Of a stretch of DNA of 64,000 bases, positions 56,379 to 64,000 are shown piece after piece (within the stretch, counting starts at the first letter, position 1; every line of letters begins with the position of its first letter). The position numbers were made by a program, and so were the translations under genes. The stretch is from Vulcanimicrobiota bacterium. Its GTDB lineage: Bacteria; Vulcanimicrobiota; Xenobia; Xenobiales; JADMJV01. The stretch is from positions 48,391 to 112,390 of the forward strand of contig JBFWNU010000012.1 in assembly GCA_050250895.1 (NCBI GenBank), read 5' to 3'. The notes under the pieces are model-generated. The model saw nothing but the letters and a program-made list of their open reading frames with translations, was not told where the DNA came from and searched no databases.

Positions 56379-57803
56379 ATGCTCAAGGTCACCACCACTA
56401 TGTCTGCCGGCGGACGGCCGCCTGTGCAGTTACGCTCGTTGACACCTGAACTCGAGAAAGAGATGGCCGACGTTTTCAGCCGCAGCCTGGATCGCGATTC
56501 GTGGTCCCGCGGCGAACTCGTCGACGAAAGCCGAGACTCTGGAGCCAGGGTCAGCTTCTACCATGGCAGTGGCGGTTGCGGCGAACCCACCATCCACAAG
56601 TGGCGCGTCGAGAAAGACGGAACAGACGACCAGACCGCGCTCAATAACGAGGTTCTGCGCTCCCCTGAGCAGGTCAGCGTGAACTCTGACGGGACGCTGG
56701 TGGTGGGTGACTTTTTCCGGTATCCCGATGAAGGCCAGGAGCAGAGAGTCATCGACGACCTCAAGGCCCGAGGGGTCGTCCCGGAAGGCGCCGACCCTCG
56801 ACCGACCCACGCTCTGGTTTCGGTCCCGGTTCACGGCCATTGGTATCAAGAACCGCTGCGGGCCCTGCAGCGGCGGGGTTGGCTGGTGCACCCGAAGGTA
56901 TTGACCTATCTGCCCGAATCTCCGAACGCCATCGACATCGGACCCGCCAACGAGGTCGCCGTTTCGGCCGGCAATAAAGTCCTCAAATACACCAACAAAC
57001 AGGGACTGAGGCCCTGGGCCGAACTGCCCGCAGCAGTCCGGGACCTCGAGTTTCTTTCCGATGGAAGCCTGGCCGTCATGGCTGGGGAAGGGGTCGAGCG
57101 CACTTTTCATCACCTCGACAGCGGAGCGGTTCTGTCGCTCAAGGAGCTGTATCCCCAACGCCACGAGAGCGAGGTCAACTCGCGGGTGTCCGGAGTCAAG
57201 TTTCTGGGCGATGCTTCGCTCGAACTCAAAGAGCGCTTTCTAGCCGAGAGCAGTTGGCTCAAGGCTCAGTGGGGATGGAAGACTCACGAGGCGCTGGCAG
57301 CCCGGGGTGAGCAGGCGCCGGTGGCCGTCATCACCCGCGAGTCGAACGAGCCCCACCAGCTCTACATCTTCGACCCGGTCAGCGGCAAGGCCGGCTGCCT
57401 GGGTGCGCTCAAACATCCCGACTCGAATCGCTTCGGCACGGGTCGGGGCGAATTGTTGTGGAGCGACGATGGTCGCTATGTGGTCTTTACCACTAAACCC
57501 GAGAAAGAGCACGGCGCCTGCGATGCCACGGTTTTCAGCCTCGAGACCGGGGAAGGAGCTCTGGTTCCCGGCGTTCGCGACCTTTCCATCGAGGGCGACC
57601 AGTTGTGTTTTCGATTACCTTCGCGGGGGGTCAAGGTGCCCCTGGCCCGCACCCCCGAGCTCAAGGACGAGCCGTGGTATACCGAGGCCCGCAGTCAGGA
57701 CCTGTTCGAGGATGACATGCTGGGCAAGCTGACGGGGCTCGAGCTCGATGAAGAGAGCGTGACCATCGGTGACACCACCCTGACCCGCCGCACCGACACC
57801 TGA
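56379..57803 (+). CDS. Hypothetical protein with beta-propeller-like segments
   Basis: 474-aa ORF; VRDLEFLSDGSLAV, LLWSDDGRYVVF; no signal peptide. Confidence 0.7.
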   Translation: MLKVTTTMSAGGRPPVQLRSLTPELEKEMADVFSRSLDRDSWSRGELVDESRDSGARVSFYHGSGGCGEPTIHKWRVEKDGTDDQTALNNEVLRSPEQVSVNSDGTLVVGDFFRYPDEGQEQRVIDDLKARGVVPEGADPRPTHALVSVPVHGHWYQEPLRALQRRGWLVHPKVLTYLPESPNAIDIGPANEVAVSAGNKVLKYTNKQGLRPWAELPAAVRDLEFLSDGSLAVMAGEGVERTFHHLDSGAVLSLKELYPQRHESEVNSRVSGVKFLGDASLELKERFLAESSWLKAQWGWKTHEALAARGEQAPVAVITRESNEPHQLYIFDPVSGKAGCLGALKHPDSNRFGTGRGELLWSDDGRYVVFTTKPEKEHGACDATVFSLETGEGALVPGVRDLSIEGDQLCFRLPSRGVKVPLARTPELKDEPWYTEARSQDLFEDDMLGKLTGLELDEESVTIGDTTLTRRTDT

Positions 57804-58759
57804 TGCGACTGGGTGAGCGGGTCATCCGCACCTATCAGCGCTACATCTCGGCCGACTACAACGGGGCACGCCACGCGCATTGCGCTTACTATCCGTCTTG
57901 CTCTGAGCATGCCCGGCAGAGCCTGGCCCAGGACGGACCCGTCGACGGCACCACCCACGCTTTGGGACGCTACTGGAGTTGCGGACCCGAGGCGCACGAG
58001 CGCAACATGCACGAGTATCTCCACGAACTCCATCACGACCCTCAGGCAGCGCTGGCGCTGACCGACTTCGAGAACGATGCCTCGCGTGCCCAGTTCGAAC
58101 GGCTGCAGTCGATGGCCCAGCAGTTCGAGCCCGGGCTGCACAGTCAGCAGGTGCTCGAGCAACGGCGGGCCGAGGCGGGTCTGGCCGCCGCCTGGAACCG
58201 TTGGAGCGAAAACTTCGAACTGCTGCGCTACGACCAGCCCGACCAGGCTCGTCAGGGCTTTCTCATCCGCCCCCGTAGCCCTCGACCGCCGGCCCCCGAG
58301 CGCAGCTCATGGCAGCGTCTGGCCATCGCCGCCGGTGGGGCAGTGGCCGGCCTGATCGGCGGCGTCGTAGGCGCGGTAGCCGGCGGGGTGCTGGGGCTGG
58401 CGGCCGGCGGCGGATTGACCGTGGCCGTGGCCAACCGCAGCCAGGATCGGTTTGAGCAAGCCCAGCAAGAACGTTACGGACAACCGGGCATCGACGGCGT
58501 TCGCAGCCACCTGGGCCACCTCACCGAACCGACTCGCCGCCTGCGCCAGGGTCTGGAAGAGGTTGGCCTGACGAAGTTGACAGCTGGGGTGGTGGCCGGT
58601 CTGGTAGGCAGCCTGTGGGCCCTGCCGGCCGGACTGGTGAGCGGCGTGGTCGGCGGGGCCAAAACAGGCGCCACCATGGCCGCGGCGCTGGGGCGCAATG
58701 CCAGCGCCGAGGCTCTAGGAGTCGCTCGACCGGTGGACCACCCTCACCTCAGGGCCTGA
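57803..58759 (+). CDS. YidD-like domain fused to glycine-zipper membrane helices
   Basis: IRTYQRYIS...CAYYPSCSEHA...RYWSC; C-terminal GxxxG-rich hydrophobic helices. Confidence 0.7.
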   Translation: MRLGERVIRTYQRYISADYNGARHAHCAYYPSCSEHARQSLAQDGPVDGTTHALGRYWSCGPEAHERNMHEYLHELHHDPQAALALTDFENDASRAQFERLQSMAQQFEPGLHSQQVLEQRRAEAGLAAAWNRWSENFELLRYDQPDQARQGFLIRPRSPRPPAPERSSWQRLAIAAGGAVAGLIGGVVGAVAGGVLGLAAGGGLTVAVANRSQDRFEQAQQERYGQPGIDGVRSHLGHLTEPTRRLRQGLEEVGLTKLTAGVVAGLVGSLWALPAGLVSGVVGGAKTGATMAAALGRNASAEALGVARPVDHPHLRA

Positions 58760-59798
58760 GTTCGATGGTCACCCCTGCATAGTTCGGCGGCGGTCCGTCG
58801 GGTTCAAGAAAGAGCCAGCGCAAGAGCGAGCGATAGAAGCTAAACAGGGGCATGGCCCGGGCAATGCGATCCCGCAGCTCTTCGCGTCGAGCCTTGAAGC
58901 CCGCGTGGCTCTCCTGGGTCAGGCGCTCACGCTCGCGAAAGTAGTTGCGCAGAGGCTGAACCTGGATCTCGAAGGTCTGATCCCACCAGCGCACGACCGA
59001 CTTCATAGCCCGCCAGCCGCTGTCTTTGGTGCGCTCGGGGGCCAGATAGTCCTTGACCTCGAGAAACTCCAGCCGGCGGGTGTTGGGCTCGAAAGGCGCT
59101 TTGTAGCGCCAAAGCTCGGCGGCCGTCCACTCCCAGGTGGTCAGATGGTTGTGCAAGGCCCTGGCCGAGTCTTCGTCGCTGACCAGGATCTTGAAGCCGA
59201 AGACGTCCTTGACATAGCGGCTCAGATGGCGCAATTGCTTGTCGCTGGCCACCAGGTGGTCGATGTGGAAGATCTCGTCGACCACCTTGTTCCAGATCTC
59301 TTGCTCGGCCTTGATGCGGCTGGTCAACTTGTAGACCTCCAACTGGTTGGGTCCCCGCGGTTGGTATTCGACAAAGTTGGCCACCAGGGTGGCCTGACTC
59401 CAGCCTGAGGAGGTCTCGAAGCGTAGTCTTTGCAACTGGCGGTTGCCCAGATCGAGGTCGGTATGGGCATAGAGTTCTTCGGGCGTGATGTTGCGCACCA
59501 GGGTAAAACGCTCGCCCGACTCTTTGACCTTGCCCACCACCACGCTCGACATGTCCCACTCGTTAGCGAAAAACGAACGCGACAAGAGGCCACACAACCG
59601 GTGTAGGCGGGCCTCGCCCTGGCGGATGGTGCGGCCGAAGGCCTGGCGGGCTTCTTCGATGTGGCTGCGCGAAAAGGTCAGGCGATAGCCGCTGTGGCCG
59701 CGGCGCAGCAGGTGGCGACTGGTACCCTGCAGATAGGTGACCAAACGGTGCACGGAAGGCTCCTGAGTCACCATATAAAGGGGTGAACGCACCGTCAT
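58749..59798 (-). CDS. Divergent RelA/SpoT-like nucleotidyltransferase
   Basis: SRIKA, DVFGFKI, KDYL..K.SGW, FEIQVQ...SH. Confidence 0.6.
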   Translation of the reverse strand: MTVRSPLYMVTQEPSVHRLVTYLQGTSRHLLRRGHSGYRLTFSRSHIEEARQAFGRTIRQGEARLHRLCGLLSRSFFANEWDMSSVVVGKVKESGERFTLVRNITPEELYAHTDLDLGNRQLQRLRFETSSGWSQATLVANFVEYQPRGPNQLEVYKLTSRIKAEQEIWNKVVDEIFHIDHLVASDKQLRHLSRYVKDVFGFKILVSDEDSARALHNHLTTWEWTAAELWRYKAPFEPNTRRLEFLEVKDYLAPERTKDSGWRAMKSVVRWWDQTFEIQVQPLRNYFRERERLTQESHAGFKARREELRDRIARAMPLFSFYRSLLRWLFLEPDGPPPNYAGVTIELRP

Positions 59799-60940
59799 CC
59801 AGGTTGCTCCACTTCGTTCTTGTAGGGAGAGTGCCGCTGCCCGAGGATGGCGATGGTCGCGCGGACTTCAGCCTTCTCCTCCCGCAGATAGCGCTCGATC
59901 AAACCTCGAAAGGTGGCATCGGCCAGATAGTGGGCGCTGTAGGTGGGCACGGGAAGGTAGCCTCGCTGCAGCTTGTGTTGCCCCTGGGCTCCGGCTTCGA
60001 CCCGCTCGAGTCCGCGCATGATGGCTTGCTCGATGGCCTGATAGTAGCACAACTCGAAGTGGAGGCAATCGAAGTGCTCGACACAGCCCCAGTTGCGTCC
60101 AAACAGCGCCTTCGAGCCCAGCAGGTTCCAGGCTCCGGCCACCCAGCGCGGGCCCTGGCGGGCCATGATCAAGACCACCTGCTGGGCCATGCTCTGACCC
60201 AGGCGGGCGAAGAATTCACGGTTGAGGTAGGGTCGTCCCCACTTGCGGTTACCGGTGTCGAGATAGAACTCGAAGAGGGCGTCCCAATGGGCCTCGGTCA
60301 GGTCGTTGCCGGTCAGCACCTCGATGGTCAGACCGTGAGAGCGGGCCCGTTCCCGTTCCTTCTTGATGGCCTTGCGCTTGCGGCTCGAGAGGGTCGAGAG
60401 AAAGTCGTCAAAATCGCGATAGCCCTGGTTGTGCCAGTGGTACTGCTGGTCCAGGCGAGTAAGAAAACCAGCTCGTTGCAAGACCTCCCAGTCGTGACGC
60501 TGGCAGTAGGTGACGTGGGCGCCGGAGACTCCCATGCGCTCGGCCACGGCTCGCAAACCTTCGGCCAGGGCGGCGGTGGCCGCTGGCGTCTTGCCCAGCA
60601 GGCGCGGCCCGGGCACGGGAGTGTAGGGCACGGCGACCTGGAGCTTAGGGTAGTAGCTGCCGCCCAACTGCTGGTAGGCGTGGGCCCAGCTGTAATCAAA
60701 GACGTATTCTCCGTAGGAGTGGGTCTTGAGATAGACGGGCGCCACGCCGCTCACCTGGTCGTGCTGGCGAGCTATCAGGTGAGCGGGCATCCAACCTGTT
60801 TCGGCACAGGCCGTGCCGCTCTCTTCCATGGCCAAAAGGAACGCGTGAGAAAGGAATGGATTTTCGGGGCCGGCGCAGTCATCCCAGGCGGTCGCGTCGA
60901 TGCCACCGAGGCTGTTGAGGACTTCGACCGTGACGGTCAT
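59795..60940 (-). CDS. GNAT/FemAB-like protein (DUF482)
   Basis: HSYGEYVFD, YYPK, LFGRNWG, LHFELCYYQ, EAGAQG.HKL.RG. Confidence 0.9.
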   Translation of the reverse strand: MTVTVEVLNSLGGIDATAWDDCAGPENPFLSHAFLLAMEESGTACAETGWMPAHLIARQHDQVSGVAPVYLKTHSYGEYVFDYSWAHAYQQLGGSYYPKLQVAVPYTPVPGPRLLGKTPAATAALAEGLRAVAERMGVSGAHVTYCQRHDWEVLQRAGFLTRLDQQYHWHNQGYRDFDDFLSTLSSRKRKAIKKERERARSHGLTIEVLTGNDLTEAHWDALFEFYLDTGNRKWGRPYLNREFFARLGQSMAQQVVLIMARQGPRWVAGAWNLLGSKALFGRNWGCVEHFDCLHFELCYYQAIEQAIMRGLERVEAGAQGQHKLQRGYLPVPTYSAHYLADATFRGLIERYLREEKAEVRATIAILGQRHSPYKNEVEQPG

Positions 60941-62106
60941 ACCATTTCCGCGGTGCGGCAACCGCCCTTCGCTGCGATGAGTTCACGGTAAAGCCCGATC
61001 AGGCGGATGGTGTAGCCTTCGGCCGAGTATTGGGCCACGCTCACCCGGGCGTTGGCTCCCAGTGCCTGGCGCAGGGCTCGATCTTGATAGGCCTGCCTCA
61101 GACTGGTCTCATAGGCTGGCAACTGGTTGGGACACAGCCAGCCGTCGTGCCCGTCGGTCAAGGTGTCTTGCGTGCCGCAGGCGGCCACCGCCACCACCGG
61201 CAGGCCGCTGGCCATGGCCTCGAGCACCACCAGCGGCTTGACCTCGGTGGTCGAGGTGATGGCAAACAGGTCGGCAGCCGCAAAATGGGCCGGCATCTGG
61301 CTATACTCGACAGGTCCGGTGAAGTGCACCCTGTCCTGGCAGCCCAATTCGGCGGGGCGGCGCTTGAGATTGTCGAGCTCGGCTCCGGTTCCGACCACCA
61401 TCAGGTGGGCCCGGGGATTTTGGCGGCAAACCCCGGCGAAGGCTGCGAGCAGAAAGTCGAGATTTTTCTCGACCCCGAGCCGGCCGGCGTACATACCCAG
61501 GACATCCTCGCTGGCCAGACCGAGGCGCTGACGAATGGGCCCTCCGTCGGCATCTTCGAAGAGGCCCAGATCGATGGCGTTTTGCAGAGTCTCGACCCGG
61601 GTCTCGACCTCGTATTCGTCGAGCAGGGCGCGGATGGTAGGGGAGGGGGCCAGCACCAGATCGCACTTCTGGGTATAGGCCGTGACCGTGTTGCGGGCCA
61701 GGCTGCGCACCACTTGTTGGTTGAGGGGGATGTAGTGCGAGTAGTGCTCGAGCTGGGTATGAAAGGTATAGACGAGGGGCAGCTTCAGTTTGCGTGCGAA
61801 GTGAGCGCCCACATCACCCAGCAAGAGCGGGTGATGGGTGTGGATGACGTCGAGGTCCATGCGGGCGATGATGGGAAAGATTCGGGACGAAAACGGGATC
61901 GGGATGGGAAACTGGACCTTGCGGGACATCTCGACCGAGCGAAAGCGAAAGACGCCCGCGTGCTCGTCGCTGTGGCCCTTGTATTCGGGGGCGAAGATGA
62001 AGGGGGTGTGCCCCTCTTTGAGCAGGCCTTTGCGGATGATGTCGATCGAGTTGACGACCCCGCTAATGAAGGGGCGATAGGCATTGGTGAAGATGCCTAC
62101 GCGCAC
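60937..62106 (-). CDS. Glycosyltransferase family 4
   Basis: SGVVNSI, YTFHT, GRLGVEKN, EAMASGLPVV. Confidence 0.9.
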   Translation of the reverse strand: MRVGIFTNAYRPFISGVVNSIDIIRKGLLKEGHTPFIFAPEYKGHSDEHAGVFRFRSVEMSRKVQFPIPIPFSSRIFPIIARMDLDVIHTHHPLLLGDVGAHFARKLKLPLVYTFHTQLEHYSHYIPLNQQVVRSLARNTVTAYTQKCDLVLAPSPTIRALLDEYEVETRVETLQNAIDLGLFEDADGGPIRQRLGLASEDVLGMYAGRLGVEKNLDFLLAAFAGVCRQNPRAHLMVVGTGAELDNLKRRPAELGCQDRVHFTGPVEYSQMPAHFAAADLFAITSTTEVKPLVVLEAMASGLPVVAVAACGTQDTLTDGHDGWLCPNQLPAYETSLRQAYQDRALRQALGANARVSVAQYSAEGYTIRLIGLYRELIAAKGGCRTAEMV

Positions 62107-62699
62107 TGGGGAGCCACCCCAGGGACCGGAAGCGTTGCTTCCACCAGCTCGCATAAGATGTGGCCCACCGTGATGTGAGCCTCTTGGATTCTACAGGTGC
62201 GCTCGCTGGCTACCACCAGGCAGAGTTCGCAAAGTTCAGCCAGGCGGCCGCCTTTGCCGCCGGCCATGCCCATCACCCTACAACCCTGGGAGAGGGCCTG
62301 TTCGGCCGCCCGCACGATGTTGGGAGAGTTGCCCGAGGTCGAGATGGCTACCAACAGATCGCCGGCTCGACAGACCGCTTTGACCTGTCGGCTGAACACT
62401 TCTTCAAAGGTGAAATCGTTGGCCAGCGCCGTCAACAAGGACGTATCGGTGGTCAAGGCCACGGCCGGATAACCGTTCTCTCGCTCGAAACGCCCCACCA
62501 GTTCGGCGGCCAGGTGTTGGGCGTCAGCAGCGCTGCCGCCGTTGCCGACAAAGTAGATGGTGCCCCCCTGGGCCAGGGTCTCGCACCATAGTTGGCCCAT
62601 GGTCTCGATCTGTTCACTCTGCTCGAGCAGAGCCTTCTTGACGTCGATGCTCTCTTGCAGCGAGGCCAGAATTGTGTTCTGCCGGGAACCGGGGGTCAT
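62097..62699 (-). CDS. gmhA: D-sedoheptulose-7-phosphate isomerase
   Basis: GNGGSAADAQH, ISTSGNS, RIQEAH. Confidence 0.93.
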   Translation of the reverse strand: MTPGSRQNTILASLQESIDVKKALLEQSEQIETMGQLWCETLAQGGTIYFVGNGGSAADAQHLAAELVGRFERENGYPAVALTTDTSLLTALANDFTFEEVFSRQVKAVCRAGDLLVAISTSGNSPNIVRAAEQALSQGCRVMGMAGGKGGRLAELCELCLVVASERTCRIQEAHITVGHILCELVEATLPVPGVAPQCA

Positions 62700-62966
62700 C
62701 AGCGGGCCAGTTCTCCTCTCTAGACAGGCTTTCCTTTTCTGGCTGGAATTGCTGGCGAGGGGTTTCGAGACCCCCCGAATGAGGCAAAAGAGTAACAAGC
62801 TGCCGACGAGGCGACCCACCCTGGTTCGAGATTACTCCCGGGGTGCTAGCGTCCAGGCACGGGGAGCTGCACGTATAAATTTCCGCTCACGCCAGCGCGG
62901 AAATCCGACGGATCGACTTGGGATTCGGGGGACGGTGGCTCCCGCTAATTTCTGACGGAGGTTTTC

Positions 62967-63860
62967 ATGGCGCTCGAGATATACATTGACGGTAAATACT
63001 ACCCCAAGGACCAGGCCAGGATCTCGGTCTATGACCACGGCCTGCTTTACGGAGACGGCATCTTCGAGGGGATCCGCGCCTACAACGGGAGGGTATTTCG
63101 ACTCGAGGAGCATTTGGAGCGGCTCTACCTTTCGGCCCGCTCGATTCTTATCGACGTGCCTTTGAGCCGCGACGACATGCGCGAGGCCATCCTCGAGACG
63201 CTGCGTCGCAACAAGCTCGAGAATTCGTACATCCGGCTGCTGGTGACCCGTGGCGTCGGCGATCTGGGTCTGGACCCGCGCAAGTGTCCTAAAGCGAGCG
63301 TCATCATCATCGCCGACACCATCAAGCTCTATCCGCCCGAGACCTACGAGAACGGGCTCAAGCTGATCATCGCCTCGACCCGCAAGAACTCGCCCGATGC
63401 CCTCAGCCCGCGCATCAAGTCGCTCAACTATCTCAACAACATCCTGGCCAAGATGGAGGCCTACAACGCCGGGGCAGCCGAAGCCGTCATGCTCGACCGC
63501 CACGGCTACCTCACCGAGTGTGCCTCCGAGAACATCTTTATCGTCAAGAACAACGTGCTGTTCACGCCCACTGCGGTGGTCGGCATTCTCGAGGGCATCA
63601 CTCGCAGCGTGGTCATGGAGCTCGGGCACAAGCTCGGCTACGAGGTGCAGATGGCCTTCTTGACCGCCCACGACCTCTACGTGGCCGACGAGGTCTTCGT
63701 GACCGGCACCGGGGCCGAGCTGCTGCCGGTGGTCGAGATCGGCGGTCGCCAGGTCGGCGACGGCAAGGTCGGCCCGGCCACCCGTCGTCTGCTCGAGACT
63801 TTTCGCGAGCTCACCCAGCATGAGGGCACGCCGATTTACGAGAAAGAGGCCGTCGGCTAA
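62967..63860 (+). CDS. ilvE: Branched-chain amino acid aminotransferase
   Basis: DHGLLYGDGIFEGIRAY, KSLNYLNN, ILEGITR, TGTGAE. Confidence 0.93.
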   Translation: MALEIYIDGKYYPKDQARISVYDHGLLYGDGIFEGIRAYNGRVFRLEEHLERLYLSARSILIDVPLSRDDMREAILETLRRNKLENSYIRLLVTRGVGDLGLDPRKCPKASVIIIADTIKLYPPETYENGLKLIIASTRKNSPDALSPRIKSLNYLNNILAKMEAYNAGAAEAVMLDRHGYLTECASENIFIVKNNVLFTPTAVVGILEGITRSVVMELGHKLGYEVQMAFLTAHDLYVADEVFVTGTGAELLPVVEIGGRQVGDGKVGPATRRLLETFRELTQHEGTPIYEKEAVG

Positions 63861-63864
63861 CGTC

Positions 63865-63893
63865 TTGCCAGGCTTGAGCAGACCTGCTATACT
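63865..63893 (+). promoter_or_regulatory. Sigma-70-type promoter of tRNA-Pro
   Basis: TTGCCA-N17-TATACT. Confidence 0.75.
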
Positions 63894-63923
63894 GCTCAAA
63901 GTCTGGCCCCCCGGGGCCGGCAA

Positions 63924-64000
63924 CGGGGCGTAGCGCAGCCTGGCAGCGCGCTTCGTTCGGGACGAAGAGGTCGTAGGTTCAAATCCTATCGCCCCGACCA
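63924..64000 (+). tRNA. tRNA-Pro (anticodon CGG)
   Basis: Acceptor stem CGGGGCG/CGCCCCG, anticodon stem CTTCG/CGAAG around TTCGGGA, GGTTCAAATCC, encoded CCA; 77 nt. Confidence 0.97.

Noticed and set aside
62925-62945. T-box antiterminator upstream of ilvE
   Set aside because: GGTGGCTCC deviates from GGTGGNACC and no terminator follows; kept only as a generic structured region.
63924-64000. tRNA 3' end as an integration site
   Set aside because: The window ends at the CCA, and I noticed no integrase or duplicated tRNA end.

Overview
GC-rich bacterial chromosomal window with about 60 CDSs and a tRNA-Pro(CGG) ending exactly at the last base. I see no transposase, integrase, prophage or CRISPR array. 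Recognisable genes include nifJ (partial), fabH, gmk, an NFACT/RqcH protein, a Dpp/Opp ABC transporter, gmhA, ilvE, a MoxR-VWA pair, a stress cluster (USP, MscS, baeRF1) and a type III PKS/FAAL/ACP lipid cluster. ExbD and GmhA suggest a diderm cell. The protein style resembles Eremiobacterota/Vulcanimicrobiota, but that is an impression only. Main unexplained signal: a fixed-geometry promoter motif, TTCAR-N6-TTCAG-N10-TAGNCT, with 4 strong copies and 1 degenerate copy. It lies directly upstream of scattered genes for signal-peptide-less, effector-like proteins: an aberrant SecA, an EndA nuclease, a papain-fold protease, an acyltransferase with a membrane hairpin, and an unknown protein coupled to a YidD/glycine-zipper protein. 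This suggests an undescribed co-regulated, possibly exported arsenal. Also notable: two ATT starts in ATTAG stop/start overlaps, an array of six sequence-divergent hairpins joined by GGAG linkers, a 41-bp palindromic tandem repeat, a triple anti-sigma-domain protein and a divergent RelA/SpoT-like synthetase. Product calls come from motifs recognised by eye; no searches were run.
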